Positions 12,099 to 22,175 of a DNA stretch of 64,000 nucleotides are shown here, piece by piece. Under the pieces are notes generated by a model, which was not told where the DNA came from, made no database searches, and was given only the letters and a program-made list of their open reading frames with translations. This DNA is from an uncultured Actinomycetota bacterium. GTDB taxonomy: Bacteria > Actinomycetota > Actinomycetes > Actinomycetales > Kineosporiaceae. The translations under genes and the position numbers were made by a program. Location of the stretch: NCBI GenBank assembly GCA_963794075.1, contig CAWCCY010000005.1:11678-75677 (forward strand), written 5' to 3'. How positions within the stretch are numbered: position 1 is the stretch's first letter; each line of letters opens with the position of its first letter.

Positions 12099-12458
12099 CT
12101 AGCGGGACGGACGGCGGTCGAAGAACACGACGACGAGCACCGGCCAGGCGAGCGCCGTCGCGACGAGCGCGCCGGCCCGCCAGGACCATGCGGGCTGGAC
12201 GAGCCAGTAGACGGTGTTCAGCGGCAGCAGGACGGCGAGCAGAAGCCCGTTCTGACGCCCTCGGTGGCGGCCGAGCGCGCTGCTCGGTGCCCGGCGGCTC
12301 GCGGGCGCTGCGGAGCGTGGGTGACGGCTGACCCGGAGGGCGTGCAGACGCCGGAGGCCGGTCAGGGAGCGCAGCCGGTCACGGCGAGCGGCGCGGGTGC
12401 GCGCGAGCTCGGCGGCCGCCTCGCGCTCGGTCCGGCGGCGGGCGCGCTCCTTGCTCAC
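12099..12458 (-). CDS. hypothetical membrane protein (basic N-terminus, two C-terminal TM helices)
   Basis: Part of ORF 12099..12644, trimmed to GTG 12458. The upstream part of the ORF is the 18-bp repeat array. Sequence: VSKERARRRTEREAAAELARTRAARRD...LLLAVLLPLNTVYWLVQPAWSWRAGALVATALAWPVLVVVFF. Confidence 0.5.
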   Translation of the reverse strand: MSKERARRRTEREAAAELARTRAARRDRLRSLTGLRRLHALRVSRHPRSAAPASRRAPSSALGRHRGRQNGLLLAVLLPLNTVYWLVQPAWSWRAGALVATALAWPVLVVVFFDRRPSR

Positions 12459-12488
12459 GAGCTGCTCATGGAGGTGCTCACGCTGAGG

Positions 12489-12634
12489 GCATCCGCATGA
12501 TCGGAGCGGATTGCATGATCGGACCGGATTGCATGATCGGACCGAGATTGCATGATCAGCGAGAGTGGTGTGATCAGCGAGAGTGGTGTGATCAGCGAGA
12601 GTGGTGTGATCAGCGAGTAGTCGTGTGATCAGGC
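12489..12634. repeat. array of eight 18-bp tandem units (two subfamilies sharing TGATC)
   Basis: cggattgcatgatcggac at 12507 and 12525, cgagattgcatgatcagc at 12543, gagagtggtgtgatcagc at 12561, 12579 and 12597, and degenerate units at both ends. Starts 7 nt 3' of the hisB stop. Confidence 0.9.
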
Positions 12635-12640
12635 AGCTGT

Positions 12641-13240
12641 TCACAGGGTGCCCTTGGTGCTCGGGACGCCGCGGACGCGCGGGTCCGGCTCGACGGCCGC
12701 GCGTAGGGCCCTGGCCAGCGCCTTGAACTGGGCCTCGACGACGTGGTGCGGGTCGCGGCCCGACAACACCCGCACGTGCACGGCGATGCCCGCGGTCAGC
12801 GCGAGGGTCTCGAACACGTGCCGGGTCAGCGAACCGGCGTACGAGCCGCCGATGACGACGTAGGCCTGGCCCTCCGGCTCACCGCTGTGCACGCAGAACG
12901 GGCGCCCGGACACGTCGACGGCGGCTTGGACGAGGCACTCGTCGAGGGGCACCAGCGCGTCCCCGAACCGGCGGATGCCGACCTTGTCACCGAGCGCCTC
13001 ACGCAGGGCCTGCCCGAGCACGATGGCGACGTCCTCGACGGTGTGGTGCGCGTCGACGTCGACGTCACCCTTCGCCTCGACGTCGAGGTCGAGCAGGGCG
13101 TGCTTGGCCAGGCTCGCCAGCATGTGGTCGTAGAACGGGACGCCGGTCGACACGGACGACCGCCCGCTGCCGTCGAGGTCGAGCTCGACGACGACGGCCG
13201 ACTCCCCCGTCCGGCGCTCGACCCGTGCGGTGCGGCTCAT
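12641..13240 (-). CDS. hisB: imidazoleglycerol-phosphate dehydratase
   Basis: ORF 12641..13405 trimmed to ATG 13240 (ATGA overlap with the hisC stop). [14 protein letters not shown]...[10 protein letters not shown]...[11 protein letters not shown]...[14 protein letters not shown]. Confidence 0.95.
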   Translation of the reverse strand: MSRTARVERRTGESAVVVELDLDGSGRSSVSTGVPFYDHMLASLAKHALLDLDVEAKGDVDVDAHHTVEDVAIVLGQALREALGDKVGIRRFGDALVPLDECLVQAAVDVSGRPFCVHSGEPEGQAYVVIGGSYAGSLTRHVFETLALTAGIAVHVRVLSGRDPHHVVEAQFKALARALRAAVEPDPRVRGVPSTKGTL

Positions 13241-14418
13241 CGGTCCTCCTTGTCGGGCAGGGGTCCCTCGAGCAGGGGTGGCAGCACCTGCGCGGCCGCC
13301 TCGAGGAAGGCCGTGGTCTCGGCCTCGGTGCCGGCGCTGACCCGCAGGTGGCCCGGCAGGCCGACGTCGCGGACGAGCACCCCCCGGTCGAGCAGCCCCT
13401 GCCACGCGGCCCGCGCGTCGGCGAGCCCCCCGAAGAGCACGAAGTTGGCGTCACTCGGCACCGGACGGGCACCGATCGACGTCAGCTCGCGCACCATCCG
13501 GTCCCGCTGCGCCTTGATCGCCTCGACCGTCGCGAGGAGCACCTCGCGGTGGGCCAGGGCGGCCTTCGCCGCGGCCTGGGTGAGCGTCGACAGGTGGTAG
13601 GGCAGGCGGACCAGCCGGAGCGCGTCGCAGAACTCCGGCGCCGCCGCCAGGTAGCCCAGCCGGACGCCGGCGAAGGCGAAGGCCTTGCTCATCGTCCGGC
13701 TGACGGCGAGGCGCTCGCGGCCGGGCAGCAGCGTCAGCGCGCTGGGCGTCCCGGGCCGGGCGAACTCGGCGTACGCCTCGTCGACCACCACGACGCCGTC
13801 GGTGGCGTCGTAGACGGCGGCGACGACGTCGAGGTCGAGCGCGGTCCCGGTGGGATTGTTCGGGCTCGCGAGGAAGACGACGTCCGGCCGGGCCCGGCTC
13901 ACCTGGTCGGCGGCGGCGGCCGCCTCGAGCGCGAACGGGTCGCCGCTCGCACCGCCCGCCTCGAGGGCACCGCGCAGCCCGTCGGCCCAGCCGGTGCCGG
14001 TCCCCTGGCAGTACAGCGGGTACATGGCGTAGCTCGGCGTGAAGCTCATCGCGAGCCGCCCGGGGCCGCCGAAGGCCTGGAGCACGTGCTGAAGCACCTC
14101 GTTGCTGCCGTTGCCCGCCCAGAGCTGCGCCGGGCCGAGCCCGTGCCCGAGGTAGCCGGCCAGCGCCTCGCGCAGCCGGGTGAACTCGCGGTCGGGGTAC
14201 CGGTTGAGGCCGTGAGCCTCGGCCGCGACGGCGTCGACGACCGCGCGGGCCACTTCGGCAGGCACGTCGTGTGTGTTCTCGTTGGTGTTGAGCCGGACCG
14301 GGACGTCGAGCTGGGGGGCGCCGTACGGCGAGGCACCCCGGAGCTCGGGGCGCAGCGGGAGTGGCGGCGTGGCAACGGCCGCAGGGGCTGCTCGGCCCGT
14401 GGTCACGTCGGCGCTCAT
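13237..14418 (-). CDS. hisC: histidinol-phosphate aminotransferase
   Basis: ORF 13237..14808 trimmed to ATG 14418. [25 protein letters not shown]..., [28 protein letters not shown]. Confidence 0.95.
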   Translation of the reverse strand: MSADVTTGRAAPAAVATPPLPLRPELRGASPYGAPQLDVPVRLNTNENTHDVPAEVARAVVDAVAAEAHGLNRYPDREFTRLREALAGYLGHGLGPAQLWAGNGSNEVLQHVLQAFGGPGRLAMSFTPSYAMYPLYCQGTGTGWADGLRGALEAGGASGDPFALEAAAAADQVSRARPDVVFLASPNNPTGTALDLDVVAAVYDATDGVVVVDEAYAEFARPGTPSALTLLPGRERLAVSRTMSKAFAFAGVRLGYLAAAPEFCDALRLVRLPYHLSTLTQAAAKAALAHREVLLATVEAIKAQRDRMVRELTSIGARPVPSDANFVLFGGLADARAAWQGLLDRGVLVRDVGLPGHLRVSAGTEAETTAFLEAAAQVLPPLLEGPLPDKEDR

Positions 14419-14627
14419 CGGGACGAGTCTAGGCGGGGGAACCGGCCGCGCTGGCTGCCCAACTCCCCGTTCCCTCTGGCAGAGTCGTCCGCCATGGTGC
14501 ACTCCACCGATCTCGGGGGCGCACCACGCACGCGGCGGGAGGCTCGCGCCCTGCGGGAGGCGGATAGGTGGTCCTGGTCGGTGCCGGCACCGGACGCCGC
14601 GCCGGCAACGCCTGACCCGCTGCCGCG

Positions 14628-14957
14628 CCGCCGGGACCTCCGCCCGCCACCGGTCACCACACCCGACCCCGCGCCCCGCCGCCGCGACCTCCGCCCGCCA
14701 CCGGTCACCACACCCGACCCCGCGCCCCGCCGCCGCGACCTCCGCCCACCACCCGTCACCAGACCCGAGGCGCCGCCGCGCCTCGGCGCCGCGACCTCCG
14801 CCCGCCACCGGTCACCACACCCGACCCGGCACCCCGCCGCCGCGACCTCCGCCCGCCACCGGTCACCACACCCGACCCGGCACCCCGCCGCCGCGACCTC
14901 CGCCCACCACCCGCCGCCGGACCCGAGGCGCCGCCGCTGCCTCGGCGCCGCGAGGTG
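14628..14957. repeat. 51-bp tandem repeats organised as two ~159-bp super-repeats
   Basis: The gacctc landmark recurs at 14635, 14686, 14737, 14793, 14844 and 14895 (spacing 51, 51, 56, 51, 51). Each unit encodes RRRDLRPPPVTTPDPAP. The first super-repeat is 158 bp and the second 159 bp. Confidence 0.9.
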
Positions 14958-17126
14958 CGCCCGGGCACCGCATCCGGACGGCCCGAGCCGGCCCCCAAGG
15001 TGGCGTTCCGCCCCGACGTCGAGGGGCTGCGCGCGGTCGCCGTCGTCCTCGTGGTGGCCTTCCACGCCGGCGTGTGGCCACTCGGCGGCGGCTACCTCGG
15101 CGTCGACGTCTTCTTCGTGATCTCCGGCTTCCTGATCACGAGCCTGCTCGTCGACGAGGTGCGCGCGACCGGGACGATCGTGCTGACCGACTTCTACGCG
15201 CGACGGATCCGCCGGTTGCTGCCCGCCGCCGTGCTGGTCCTGGTGGCGACGACACTCGCGACAGCCGTCCTCGTGCCCGCCGTGGACCGCCCGCAGATCG
15301 CCGGGGACGTGCGGGCGGCGGCCCTGCTGGTGGCGAACTGGCACTTCGCCGCCGGCTCGACGGACTACTTCGCCGGCTCCGGCGACAGCCCGGTGCTGCA
15401 CTACTGGTCGCTGTCGCTCGAGGAGCAGTTCTACCTCGTCTGGCCGGCGCTGCTGCTCGTCGTGGCGGGGCGACGGCGTGCCCGCCGGGCCCGCACGCCC
15501 GCTCCGCGCGCCACCGACCGGCGCCTGTGGCTGCTGCTCGCCCCCGTCGGCCTGCTCTCGCTCGGGCTCAGCGCCGCGACGACGGCGTCCGCCGGGCCTT
15601 GGGCCTACTTCGGCACGCACACGCGCGCGTGGGAACTGGCCGCCGGGGCCGCGGTGGCGCTGAGCCGGCCGCAGCTGCACCGCCTCGGCGAGCGGGTGGC
15701 CGTGTTCGGCGGATGGACGGGGCTCGCCCTCGTGCTCGTGTCGGCCGTGGTGCTCGGCGAGAGCACGCCCGTCCCGGGGGTGGCGCTGATCGCGCCCGTG
15801 GCGGGGGCGGCCGCCCTGGTCGCCGCCGGCGCGCGCACCCAGCGGGGCGCCGCCACCCTGCTCGGGCGGCCCAGGGTCGCCGCGATCGGCCGGCTCTCGT
15901 ACAGCTGGTACCTCTGGCACTGGCCGTGCCTGGTGTTCGCGCGCCGGATCTGGTCGGCACCGGCCGTCGACGACCTGCCCGCGCCCGACGCGCCGTGGGC
16001 CATCCGGCTGGGCGCGGTGGCGCTCTCGCTGGGGCTGGCAGCACTCACCTACCGGTTCGTCGAGGCCCCGCTGCGCAGCGCGCGCCTGCTGCGGCCGGCC
16101 GCCGGCCGGGCACTCCCCGCCGGCGCGCTGCTGGCTGCTGCCGCGGTGATCGCGCCGACCGTGGCCCTGGCGACGCCGCCGCCGCCCCCGGTGCAGGCGG
16201 TCGCGGCGTCGCCCGTCACGGCACCGGCCCCCGTGCCCACGCCTCTCGCCGGCCGCGAGACCGGGCCGTCGCGATCGCGGGGGTCGTCGGTGCCCGCAGC
16301 GGTCCCCGCGCACCCCGCCATGACGCCGGCCCAGGCCCGTGCTGACGAGGTCGGCACCCGGGACTGCTTCGCCGGCTTCGCCCCCCGCTCGGCCCCGGCC
16401 GACTGCCGCTTCGGCGACCCCCGCGGTGACCGGGTCGTCGTGCTGGTCGGGGACTCCCACGCGGCGCACTGGTTCCCGGCGTTCGACGCCATCGCCCGGC
16501 AGCGGCACTGGCAGCTGTGGTTCTGGGCGAAGTCGGGGTGCGGCTACGCGCAGGTGCGCGAGGAGCTGGCGGCGTACCACCGCGAGTACAGCGAGTGCAC
16601 GGCCTGGCGGAGCTCGGTGCAGGCCCGGATCGCGGCCCTGCCGGACGTCGACCTGGTCGTCGTCGGCCGCGCGATCTCCTACCTCGGCCAGCTGCTCGAC
16701 GCCTCGGGTGCCGAGGTGACCCGGGACGCCGCAGGCCCCGTGTGGGCCGCCGGGGCCGCGGCGGCGCTGCACGACCTCAGCACCGGCGGGCGGCGCGTCG
16801 TGCTCCTGCGCGACGTCCCGCGGCCAGGGTTCGACGTGCCGGACTGCCTCTCGTCGCACGCGAACGCGTCGTCCGCCTGCACCTTCCCCCAGGCCGGCCA
16901 CCTCCACCCCGACGCGGCGCTGTGGACCGCGGAACAGCCGGTCACCACGGCCGCCGCGGTGGGCGTGGTCGACCTCGCGCCGCTGATCTGCCCGGCCGAT
17001 CCCTGCCAGACGGTCTCGCCCGGCGGCGCGATCATCTACCGGGACGACCACCACCTCACGGCGACGTTCGCCCGGTCGGTCTCGGGCGCCGTCGCCACCG
17101 CCCTCGCCCCGTACCTGCCGCGCTGA
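14955..17126 (+). CDS. acyltransferase-3 family O-acyltransferase with C-terminal SGNH domain
   Basis: ORF 14955..17126. FRPDVEGLRAVAVVLVVAFHAGVWPLGGGYLGVDVFFVISGFLIT..., about 10 TM helices, then the SGNH-like part VVLVGDSHAAHWFPA...IIYRDDHHLT. Start GTG 14955 (or GTG 14998). A frame-shifted upstream extension is possible. Confidence 0.85.
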   Translation: MRPGTASGRPEPAPKVAFRPDVEGLRAVAVVLVVAFHAGVWPLGGGYLGVDVFFVISGFLITSLLVDEVRATGTIVLTDFYARRIRRLLPAAVLVLVATTLATAVLVPAVDRPQIAGDVRAAALLVANWHFAAGSTDYFAGSGDSPVLHYWSLSLEEQFYLVWPALLLVVAGRRRARRARTPAPRATDRRLWLLLAPVGLLSLGLSAATTASAGPWAYFGTHTRAWELAAGAAVALSRPQLHRLGERVAVFGGWTGLALVLVSAVVLGESTPVPGVALIAPVAGAAALVAAGARTQRGAATLLGRPRVAAIGRLSYSWYLWHWPCLVFARRIWSAPAVDDLPAPDAPWAIRLGAVALSLGLAALTYRFVEAPLRSARLLRPAAGRALPAGALLAAAAVIAPTVALATPPPPPVQAVAASPVTAPAPVPTPLAGRETGPSRSRGSSVPAAVPAHPAMTPAQARADEVGTRDCFAGFAPRSAPADCRFGDPRGDRVVVLVGDSHAAHWFPAFDAIARQRHWQLWFWAKSGCGYAQVREELAAYHREYSECTAWRSSVQARIAALPDVDLVVVGRAISYLGQLLDASGAEVTRDAAGPVWAAGAAAALHDLSTGGRRVVLLRDVPRPGFDVPDCLSSHANASSACTFPQAGHLHPDAALWTAEQPVTTAAAVGVVDLAPLICPADPCQTVSPGGAIIYRDDHHLTATFARSVSGAVATALAPYLPR

Positions 17127-17171
17127 CGTCGGCCGCGGCCGGCGATGAGGCCGCCGGCGTTCAGCCCGGCT

Positions 17172-18512
17172 TCAGCCCAGTCGTGCGCTGACCGCCTCGC
17201 CGTGGGCCGGCAGGTCCTCGGCGGCCGACAGCGCCAGGACGTGCGGGGCGACCTCGCGCAGGGCGCCGGCGCCGTACTCGATCACCTGGACGCTCCGCAG
17301 GAACGAGGGGACGCCGAGGCCACTGGAGAAGCAGGCGCACCCGCCGGTGGGCAGCACGTGGTTGGAGCCGGCGCAGTAGTCGCCGAGGCTGACCGGCGAC
17401 CACGGCCCGACGAAGATCGCGCCGGCGTTCGTGACGCGGGCGGCGACGGCGGCGGCGTCCCGGGTCTGGATCTCCAGGTGTTCGGCCGCGTAGGCGTCGA
17501 CGACCTCGAGGCCGGCGTCGAGGTCGTCGACGAGGATCACCGCCGACTGCGGGCCGGCGAGGGCGGTGGCGATGCGGCCCGCGTGCTTCGTCAGCGGCAC
17601 CCGGCGCTCGAGCTCGGCGGTGACGGCGTCCGCGAGGTCGAGACTGGGCGTGACGAGCACCGCCGCCGCCATGGGATCGTGCTCGGCCTGGCTGACGAGG
17701 TCGGCCGCGACGTGGACGGCGTCCGCCGTGTCGTCGGCGAGGACGGCGATCTCGGTCGGACCGGCCTCCGAGTCGATCCCCACCACGCCCTTGAGCAGGC
17801 GCTTGGCGGCGGCCACGTAGATGTTGCCGGGCCCGGTCACGAGGTCGGCGGGCTCGCAGACGAGCTCGCCGGCGCTGCCCTCGCGGTCGTCGCGCGCGCC
17901 GTAGGCGAACATCGCCACCGCCTGGGCGCCGCCGACGGAGTAGACCTCGTCGATCCCGAGCAGGGCGCAGGCGGCGAGGATGGTCGGGTGCGGCAGGCCT
18001 GCGAAGCCGGCGGGGTTCTCGCGCTGCGCGGGGCTGGTCACCGCGATCGAGGCGACGCCGGCCTCCTGCGCGGGCACGACGTTCATGACGACACTGCTCG
18101 GGTAGACCGCGAGGCCGCCTGGCACGTAGAGGCCGACCCGGCCGACCGGCACCCAGCGCTGCGTCACCGTCCCACCCGGGACGACGCGCGTGACATGCCC
18201 GGCCGGCACCTGACCACGGTGCACGAGCCGGGCCCGGCGGATGGACTCCTCGAGGCCCGCCCGCACGTCGGGGTCGAGGCCGGCGAGCGCCGCGGCGAGT
18301 GCCGCCGCCGGCACCCGGATGCCGTCGGGACGCACCCCGTCGAAGCGTTCGGTGAGCTCGAGCAGGGCCTCGACGCCGCGTTCCCGGACGTCGTCGCAGA
18401 GCGGGCGCACCTGCTCGACGGCGTGCTCGACGTCGAGGGCCGCGCGGGGCACGACGCCGCGCAGCGCGCGCGCTCGAAGGGGGCGGCCTCGCAGGTCGAG
18501 TCGTCGGATCAC
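17172..18512 (-). CDS. hisD: histidinol dehydrogenase
   Basis: ORF 17172..19190 trimmed to GTG 18512. [71 protein letters not shown]. Confidence 0.95.
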   Translation of the reverse strand: MIRRLDLRGRPLRARALRGVVPRAALDVEHAVEQVRPLCDDVRERGVEALLELTERFDGVRPDGIRVPAAALAAALAGLDPDVRAGLEESIRRARLVHRGQVPAGHVTRVVPGGTVTQRWVPVGRVGLYVPGGLAVYPSSVVMNVVPAQEAGVASIAVTSPAQRENPAGFAGLPHPTILAACALLGIDEVYSVGGAQAVAMFAYGARDDREGSAGELVCEPADLVTGPGNIYVAAAKRLLKGVVGIDSEAGPTEIAVLADDTADAVHVAADLVSQAEHDPMAAAVLVTPSLDLADAVTAELERRVPLTKHAGRIATALAGPQSAVILVDDLDAGLEVVDAYAAEHLEIQTRDAAAVAARVTNAGAIFVGPWSPVSLGDYCAGSNHVLPTGGCACFSSGLGVPSFLRSVQVIEYGAGALREVAPHVLALSAAEDLPAHGEAVSARLG

Positions 18513-18536
18513 CCCGTCGAGTCTAGGTGCGGGCGT

Positions 18537-18609
18537 GCCCTGCCGCCGCCCTGCCGCCGGCCTGCCGCCGCCCTGCCGCCCGGCCTGCCGCCGTCCTGCC
18601 GCCCGGCCT
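18537..18609. repeat. CCTGCCGCC(n) microsatellite-like repeat in a divergent promoter region
   Basis: Six or seven irregular 10-13 nt units (ccctgccgccg / cctgccgccgg ...) between the hisD start (18512) and the LON-domain gene start (18648). Confidence 0.8.
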
Positions 18610-18647
18610 CGCACGCGATGCGACGGGGGGTGCCGGGCGTCTAGCCT

Positions 18648-19313
18648 GTGGCCGTGGCGACACGCCTGCCCCTCTTCCCTCTCAACGCGGTCCTGGTACC
18701 GGGGCTCGTGCTGCCCCTGCACGTCTTCGAGCCGCGCTACCGGGTGCTCGTCCAGGCGCTCCTGGAGCTTCCGGAGGGGGCCGAGCGGCGGTTCGGCGTG
18801 GTGGCCATCAGGTCGGGTCGTGAGGTCGGCGCCGACGGGGCGAGGGCGTTGCACGCGGTCGGCTGCACGGCCGAGCTGCGCGAGGTGACGCCCTACTCGG
18901 ACGGCCGCTACGACCTCGTGACGGTCGGCGAGACGCGGTTCCGGCTGGCGGGGCTCGACGACGGGGCCGGCACGCCCTACGACACCGGGTTCGTGGAGTT
19001 CCTCCCCGAGCAGGACGGCGACGGCGACGTCGACGCCCTCACCAGCCGCGTGATCGCCGGGTTCGCCGCCTACCGCGAACGGCTCGGGGTCGAGGTCACC
19101 GAACTGCCCGACCAGCCGCAGGTCGTCTCGTACCTGGTGGCGGCCGCGGTCGTGCTCGACCTGCCGGAACGGCAGGGTCTGCTCGAGCAACCGACCACCG
19201 CCGACCGGCTGCGGGCCGAGCTCGAGCTGCTGAGGCGTGAGACGGCGCTCGTGGGTGCCTTCAGGGCGCTGCCGGCCGTCGACCTCGCCCGCGAGAGCGG
19301 GAGCGCGAACTGA
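18648..19313 (+). CDS. LON substrate-binding (N-terminal) domain protein
   Basis: ORF 18648..19313. [29 protein letters not shown]... is typical of stand-alone LON N-domain proteins. Confidence 0.8.
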   Translation: MAVATRLPLFPLNAVLVPGLVLPLHVFEPRYRVLVQALLELPEGAERRFGVVAIRSGREVGADGARALHAVGCTAELREVTPYSDGRYDLVTVGETRFRLAGLDDGAGTPYDTGFVEFLPEQDGDGDVDALTSRVIAGFAAYRERLGVEVTELPDQPQVVSYLVAAAVVLDLPERQGLLEQPTTADRLRAELELLRRETALVGAFRALPAVDLARESGSAN

Positions 19314-19354
19314 GCCGGCGCGGCGAGCGGGCTGCCGCGGGCACGCCCGCGACG

Positions 19355-19816
19355 GTGGCCTTGTCCGCGGCCGGGGTGTCGCACACGCTGCGCGCGTACG
19401 AGCACGACCCGCGCGCCCGTGAGCGCGGCCTGTCGTTCGGGATGGAGGCGGCGCAGGCGCTCGGGCTCGACCCGGCGCAGGTGTTCAAGACCCTGCTGGC
19501 GGACGTCGACGGCCGCCTCGTCGTGGCCGTCGTGCCGGTCGACCGCTCGCTCGACCTGAAGGCGCTCGCCGCGGCGGCCGGTGGCAAGCGGGCGGTGATG
19601 GCGGAGCCCGCCGCGGCCGAGCGCGCCACGGGCTACGTGCTGGGCGGGATCTCGCCGCTCGGCCAGCGGCGGCGGCTGCCGACGGTCGTCGACGCGTCGG
19701 CGGCGCAGTGGCCGGCGATCCTGGTGAGCGCCGGCCGGCGCGGTCTCGACGTCGAACTGGCCCCCGCGGACCTCGTCGCGCTGACGGGCGCCGTCACGGC
19801 ACCCATCGCCCGCTGA
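19355..19816 (+). CDS. ybaK: Cys-tRNA(Pro)/Cys-tRNA(Cys) deacylase YbaK
   Basis: ORF 19355..19816. [17 protein letters not shown]..., [33 protein letters not shown]. The true start may lie a few codons upstream (in-frame ...GTPAT precedes the GTG). Confidence 0.8.
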   Translation: MALSAAGVSHTLRAYEHDPRARERGLSFGMEAAQALGLDPAQVFKTLLADVDGRLVVAVVPVDRSLDLKALAAAAGGKRAVMAEPAAAERATGYVLGGISPLGQRRRLPTVVDASAAQWPAILVSAGRRGLDVELAPADLVALTGAVTAPIAR

Positions 19817-19890
19817 GCCCGCCCGTTGATCGCCTTGCGGTCGCCAGCTCGCTGAGCCCGCCCGTTGTCGCTGGCGGTCGCGCCGGCGTC

Positions 19891-20301
19891 TCAGGACGGC
19901 GAGATCACCAGCGCCGTGACCGCCCGCAGGGCCGTGAGCACGGCGACGGCGAGGGCCCACAGCAGCAGCACACCCGGGGCGCCGACCGACAGGCCGGTCA
20001 GGTGTCCGACCAGCCAGGCGAGGCCACCGCCGGCCAGCGAGCCGCCGAGGACCACCGCCAGGCGGAGCGCCGGCTGCGGCCCAGGGCGCAGCGCGATCAG
20101 CACGGCGGTGACGAGACCGGCGGCCAGCAGCAGCAGCGCGAGCGTCCCGTCGACGGCGATGCGCGCCTCACCGGGGTCGGCCCGGCGGGCGACCGCCGGG
20201 GCCAGCTCTGCCCACAGCCCACCCAGGGCGACCCCCGCCCCGAGGAGCGCCAGGACGAGCGCGGTCTCGCGCGCGACCGCGGGCCGGAGCGAGCCCGTCA
20301 T
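19891..20301 (-). CDS. hypothetical four-helix membrane protein
   Basis: ORF 19891..20301, hydrophobic throughout. Its start overlaps the stop of the upstream gene by 4 nt. Confidence 0.5.
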   Translation of the reverse strand: MTGSLRPAVARETALVLALLGAGVALGGLWAELAPAVARRADPGEARIAVDGTLALLLLAAGLVTAVLIALRPGPQPALRLAVVLGGSLAGGGLAWLVGHLTGLSVGAPGVLLLWALAVAVLTALRAVTALVISPS

Positions 20302-22022
20302 CGCGTGGTGACCCGCAGGGTCATCGCGAGGCCGTCGCCCGTCTGGCTGGCGCTGAGGCCGACCGCCTTCAGTGCCTTGAGGCTGTCGTCGGCGCCGCTG
20401 CCGAGCATGCTCGTGTACGCGCCGGCGAGGCGCTCGACGTCGACGTACACGACCGCCTGCGCCGCGTCGGCGGCCGGGACGGCGTCACGGAAGGCATCGG
20501 TGCCGCCGAGGCCTCCCCCACCCGCGGCGAGCGCCGCGAGCTGCTGGCGGCTGGTGGAGAGCACGTACCCGCCCGGGACGTCGCGGCGCTCCAGCGGCAG
20601 GCCGGCCGCGTCGGTGGCCTGCAGGAGCCGGTCGAGGGCGCCGCTGCTGGCCGCGGACGCGCTCGTGCCGCGGGCACCCACGACCGGCTGGCCGCGGTCG
20701 TCCGGGCCGCCGACGGCGAGCGCGAACTGCTGGCCGAGCAGGTCGGCGACGTCGTCGGGGAGCTTCAGGCCCGACGCGTCCTCGATCGAGCGCAGCGAGT
20801 CCTGACCGGCGGGAAGGCGGCCGGCGAGCTTGGCCCAGTTCTGCCGCAGGGTGTCACCGGCGCCGGACACGCCGACGGCGACCACGGTGTCGGCCGGCAG
20901 CGCACCGACGGCCGGCCCCGCCCCGGTGGTGGCCGGCCCTACCGGGGCGCCGAAGGTGCGCAGCGACATCTCGGCGTTGCCGCCGGTGAACCGTGCCACG
21001 AACGCCACGTGCTGCTTGACGCCGCCGACGCCGGCGCCGAACGGGACGGCCGCAAGCGCTCCGGCGTCGGCGAGGTCGGGCAACCGTGAGGTGTCGGCCC
21101 AGCCGGCGAGGACGCCGGGGTCGCCGAGGGCTTGTGTGTCGTGCTGGAAGGTCGCGTCGTCGGCCAGGGTGCCCTTGGCCGTGGCGGATGCGACGGCGTC
21201 GAGGTGCGCCTGGCTGTCGGAGACGACGGCCCAGCCGTCGGCGACGCGGGCGACCATGTCGGCGCCGCGGTGCGCGTCGAAGGTCGCCCTCGCCTTCGCG
21301 TCGTCGCTCACCTGGAGCACGGCGACCGGCACGGTGTGACCGTCGACGGGCACGGCGCCGAGCGCGGCGCGGTCGCCGAGCCAGGCCTGGACCTCGCTCC
21401 ACTGCGGGGCCGAGGGCGTGTCCTGCGCGAGCCGCTCGTAGATGAAGCGCTTCGGATCCTGACCCGAGTCGCCCGCCAGGTCCTTGCCGAAGGGGAACTT
21501 CGCGAAGAACCGGACGGCGTCGATCTTCTGCCCGCCGGAGGGGTCGAGGTCGGCCTTGACGAGGGCGGCGGCGGTGGCCGGCAGGTGCCGCTCCGGCTGG
21601 TCGCCGGTGTCGCCGTTGAACGCCGCCCACGCCACCGCGGCCCCGCCGACGAGCGCGACGGCGACCCCGGCGGAGACCAGCGCGAGCACCCCGCGTCCGC
21701 GGCGCGGCGGTGCGTCGCCGCCCGGCCCGTCGATGACCTCGGCGGGAGTGACGTTCCACGGGTCGGCGCCGCCTGCCGGCGCGAGGTAGCCCTCCACCTC
21801 GATGCGGGGCTGCCCCTGGGCCGGGACGGGCGGCGGCACGGGCGGGGCTGCCGGGACGGGCGGCGGCACGGGCGGGGCTGCCGGGACCGGCGGGACCGGC
21901 GGGACCGGCGCGACCGGCGGGACCGGCGGGACCGGCGGCTCGGCCTGCGCCGGTAAGGGCGGGACCCCCGACCCGGCCTGCGCCGGCGGCGAGGTCGGGA
22001 CGGTGGGCTGGTCGTCGCTCAT
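20298..22022 (-). CDS. membrane-anchored protein with Pro-rich N-terminus (DUF3352-like, tentative)
   Basis: ORF 20298..22073 trimmed to ATG 22022 (MSDDQPTV...). (PPV)n tract, one TM (VLALVSAGVAVALVGGAAVAWAA), then a large extracytoplasmic domain. Family name recalled, not searched. Confidence 0.6.
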   Translation of the reverse strand: MSDDQPTVPTSPPAQAGSGVPPLPAQAEPPVPPVPPVAPVPPVPPVPAAPPVPPPVPAAPPVPPPVPAQGQPRIEVEGYLAPAGGADPWNVTPAEVIDGPGGDAPPRRGRGVLALVSAGVAVALVGGAAVAWAAFNGDTGDQPERHLPATAAALVKADLDPSGGQKIDAVRFFAKFPFGKDLAGDSGQDPKRFIYERLAQDTPSAPQWSEVQAWLGDRAALGAVPVDGHTVPVAVLQVSDDAKARATFDAHRGADMVARVADGWAVVSDSQAHLDAVASATAKGTLADDATFQHDTQALGDPGVLAGWADTSRLPDLADAGALAAVPFGAGVGGVKQHVAFVARFTGGNAEMSLRTFGAPVGPATTGAGPAVGALPADTVVAVGVSGAGDTLRQNWAKLAGRLPAGQDSLRSIEDASGLKLPDDVADLLGQQFALAVGGPDDRGQPVVGARGTSASAASSGALDRLLQATDAAGLPLERRDVPGGYVLSTSRQQLAALAAGGGGLGGTDAFRDAVPAADAAQAVVYVDVERLAGAYTSMLGSGADDSLKALKAVGLSASQTGDGLAMTLRVTTR

Positions 22023-22175
22023 TGCGGGATGTCCCCCCAGGTCGGGCCCGGCGGACCGCACGGGCGGCGCCAATCCTAGGTGAGCGACGGCGACCTGGTG
22101 GTGACCCGCACCAAGGCCACGCCGCCCCGACCGCTCGGACCGCTCGGACCGCTCCGGCGAGGCAGGTCGGCCCGG

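Noticed and set aside
12099-12458. Could the ORF between hisB and priA be hisH?
   Set aside because: It has no glutamine amidotransferase features (no GxCxG nucleophile elbow, no His/Glu pair). It is a basic N-terminus plus two TM helices, and it is far too short.
12489-12634. Possible CRISPR array
   Set aside because: The units are contiguous 18-bp tandem repeats with no unique spacers. The repeat is too short and no cas genes are nearby.
14415-17054. 879-aa minus-strand ORF antisense to the acyltransferase, and a 690-aa ORF at 14273..16345
   Set aside because: Low-complexity R/G/P/A composition with no recognisable motifs. The plus-strand frame at 14955..17126 has clear acyltransferase-3/SGNH motifs and TM helices.
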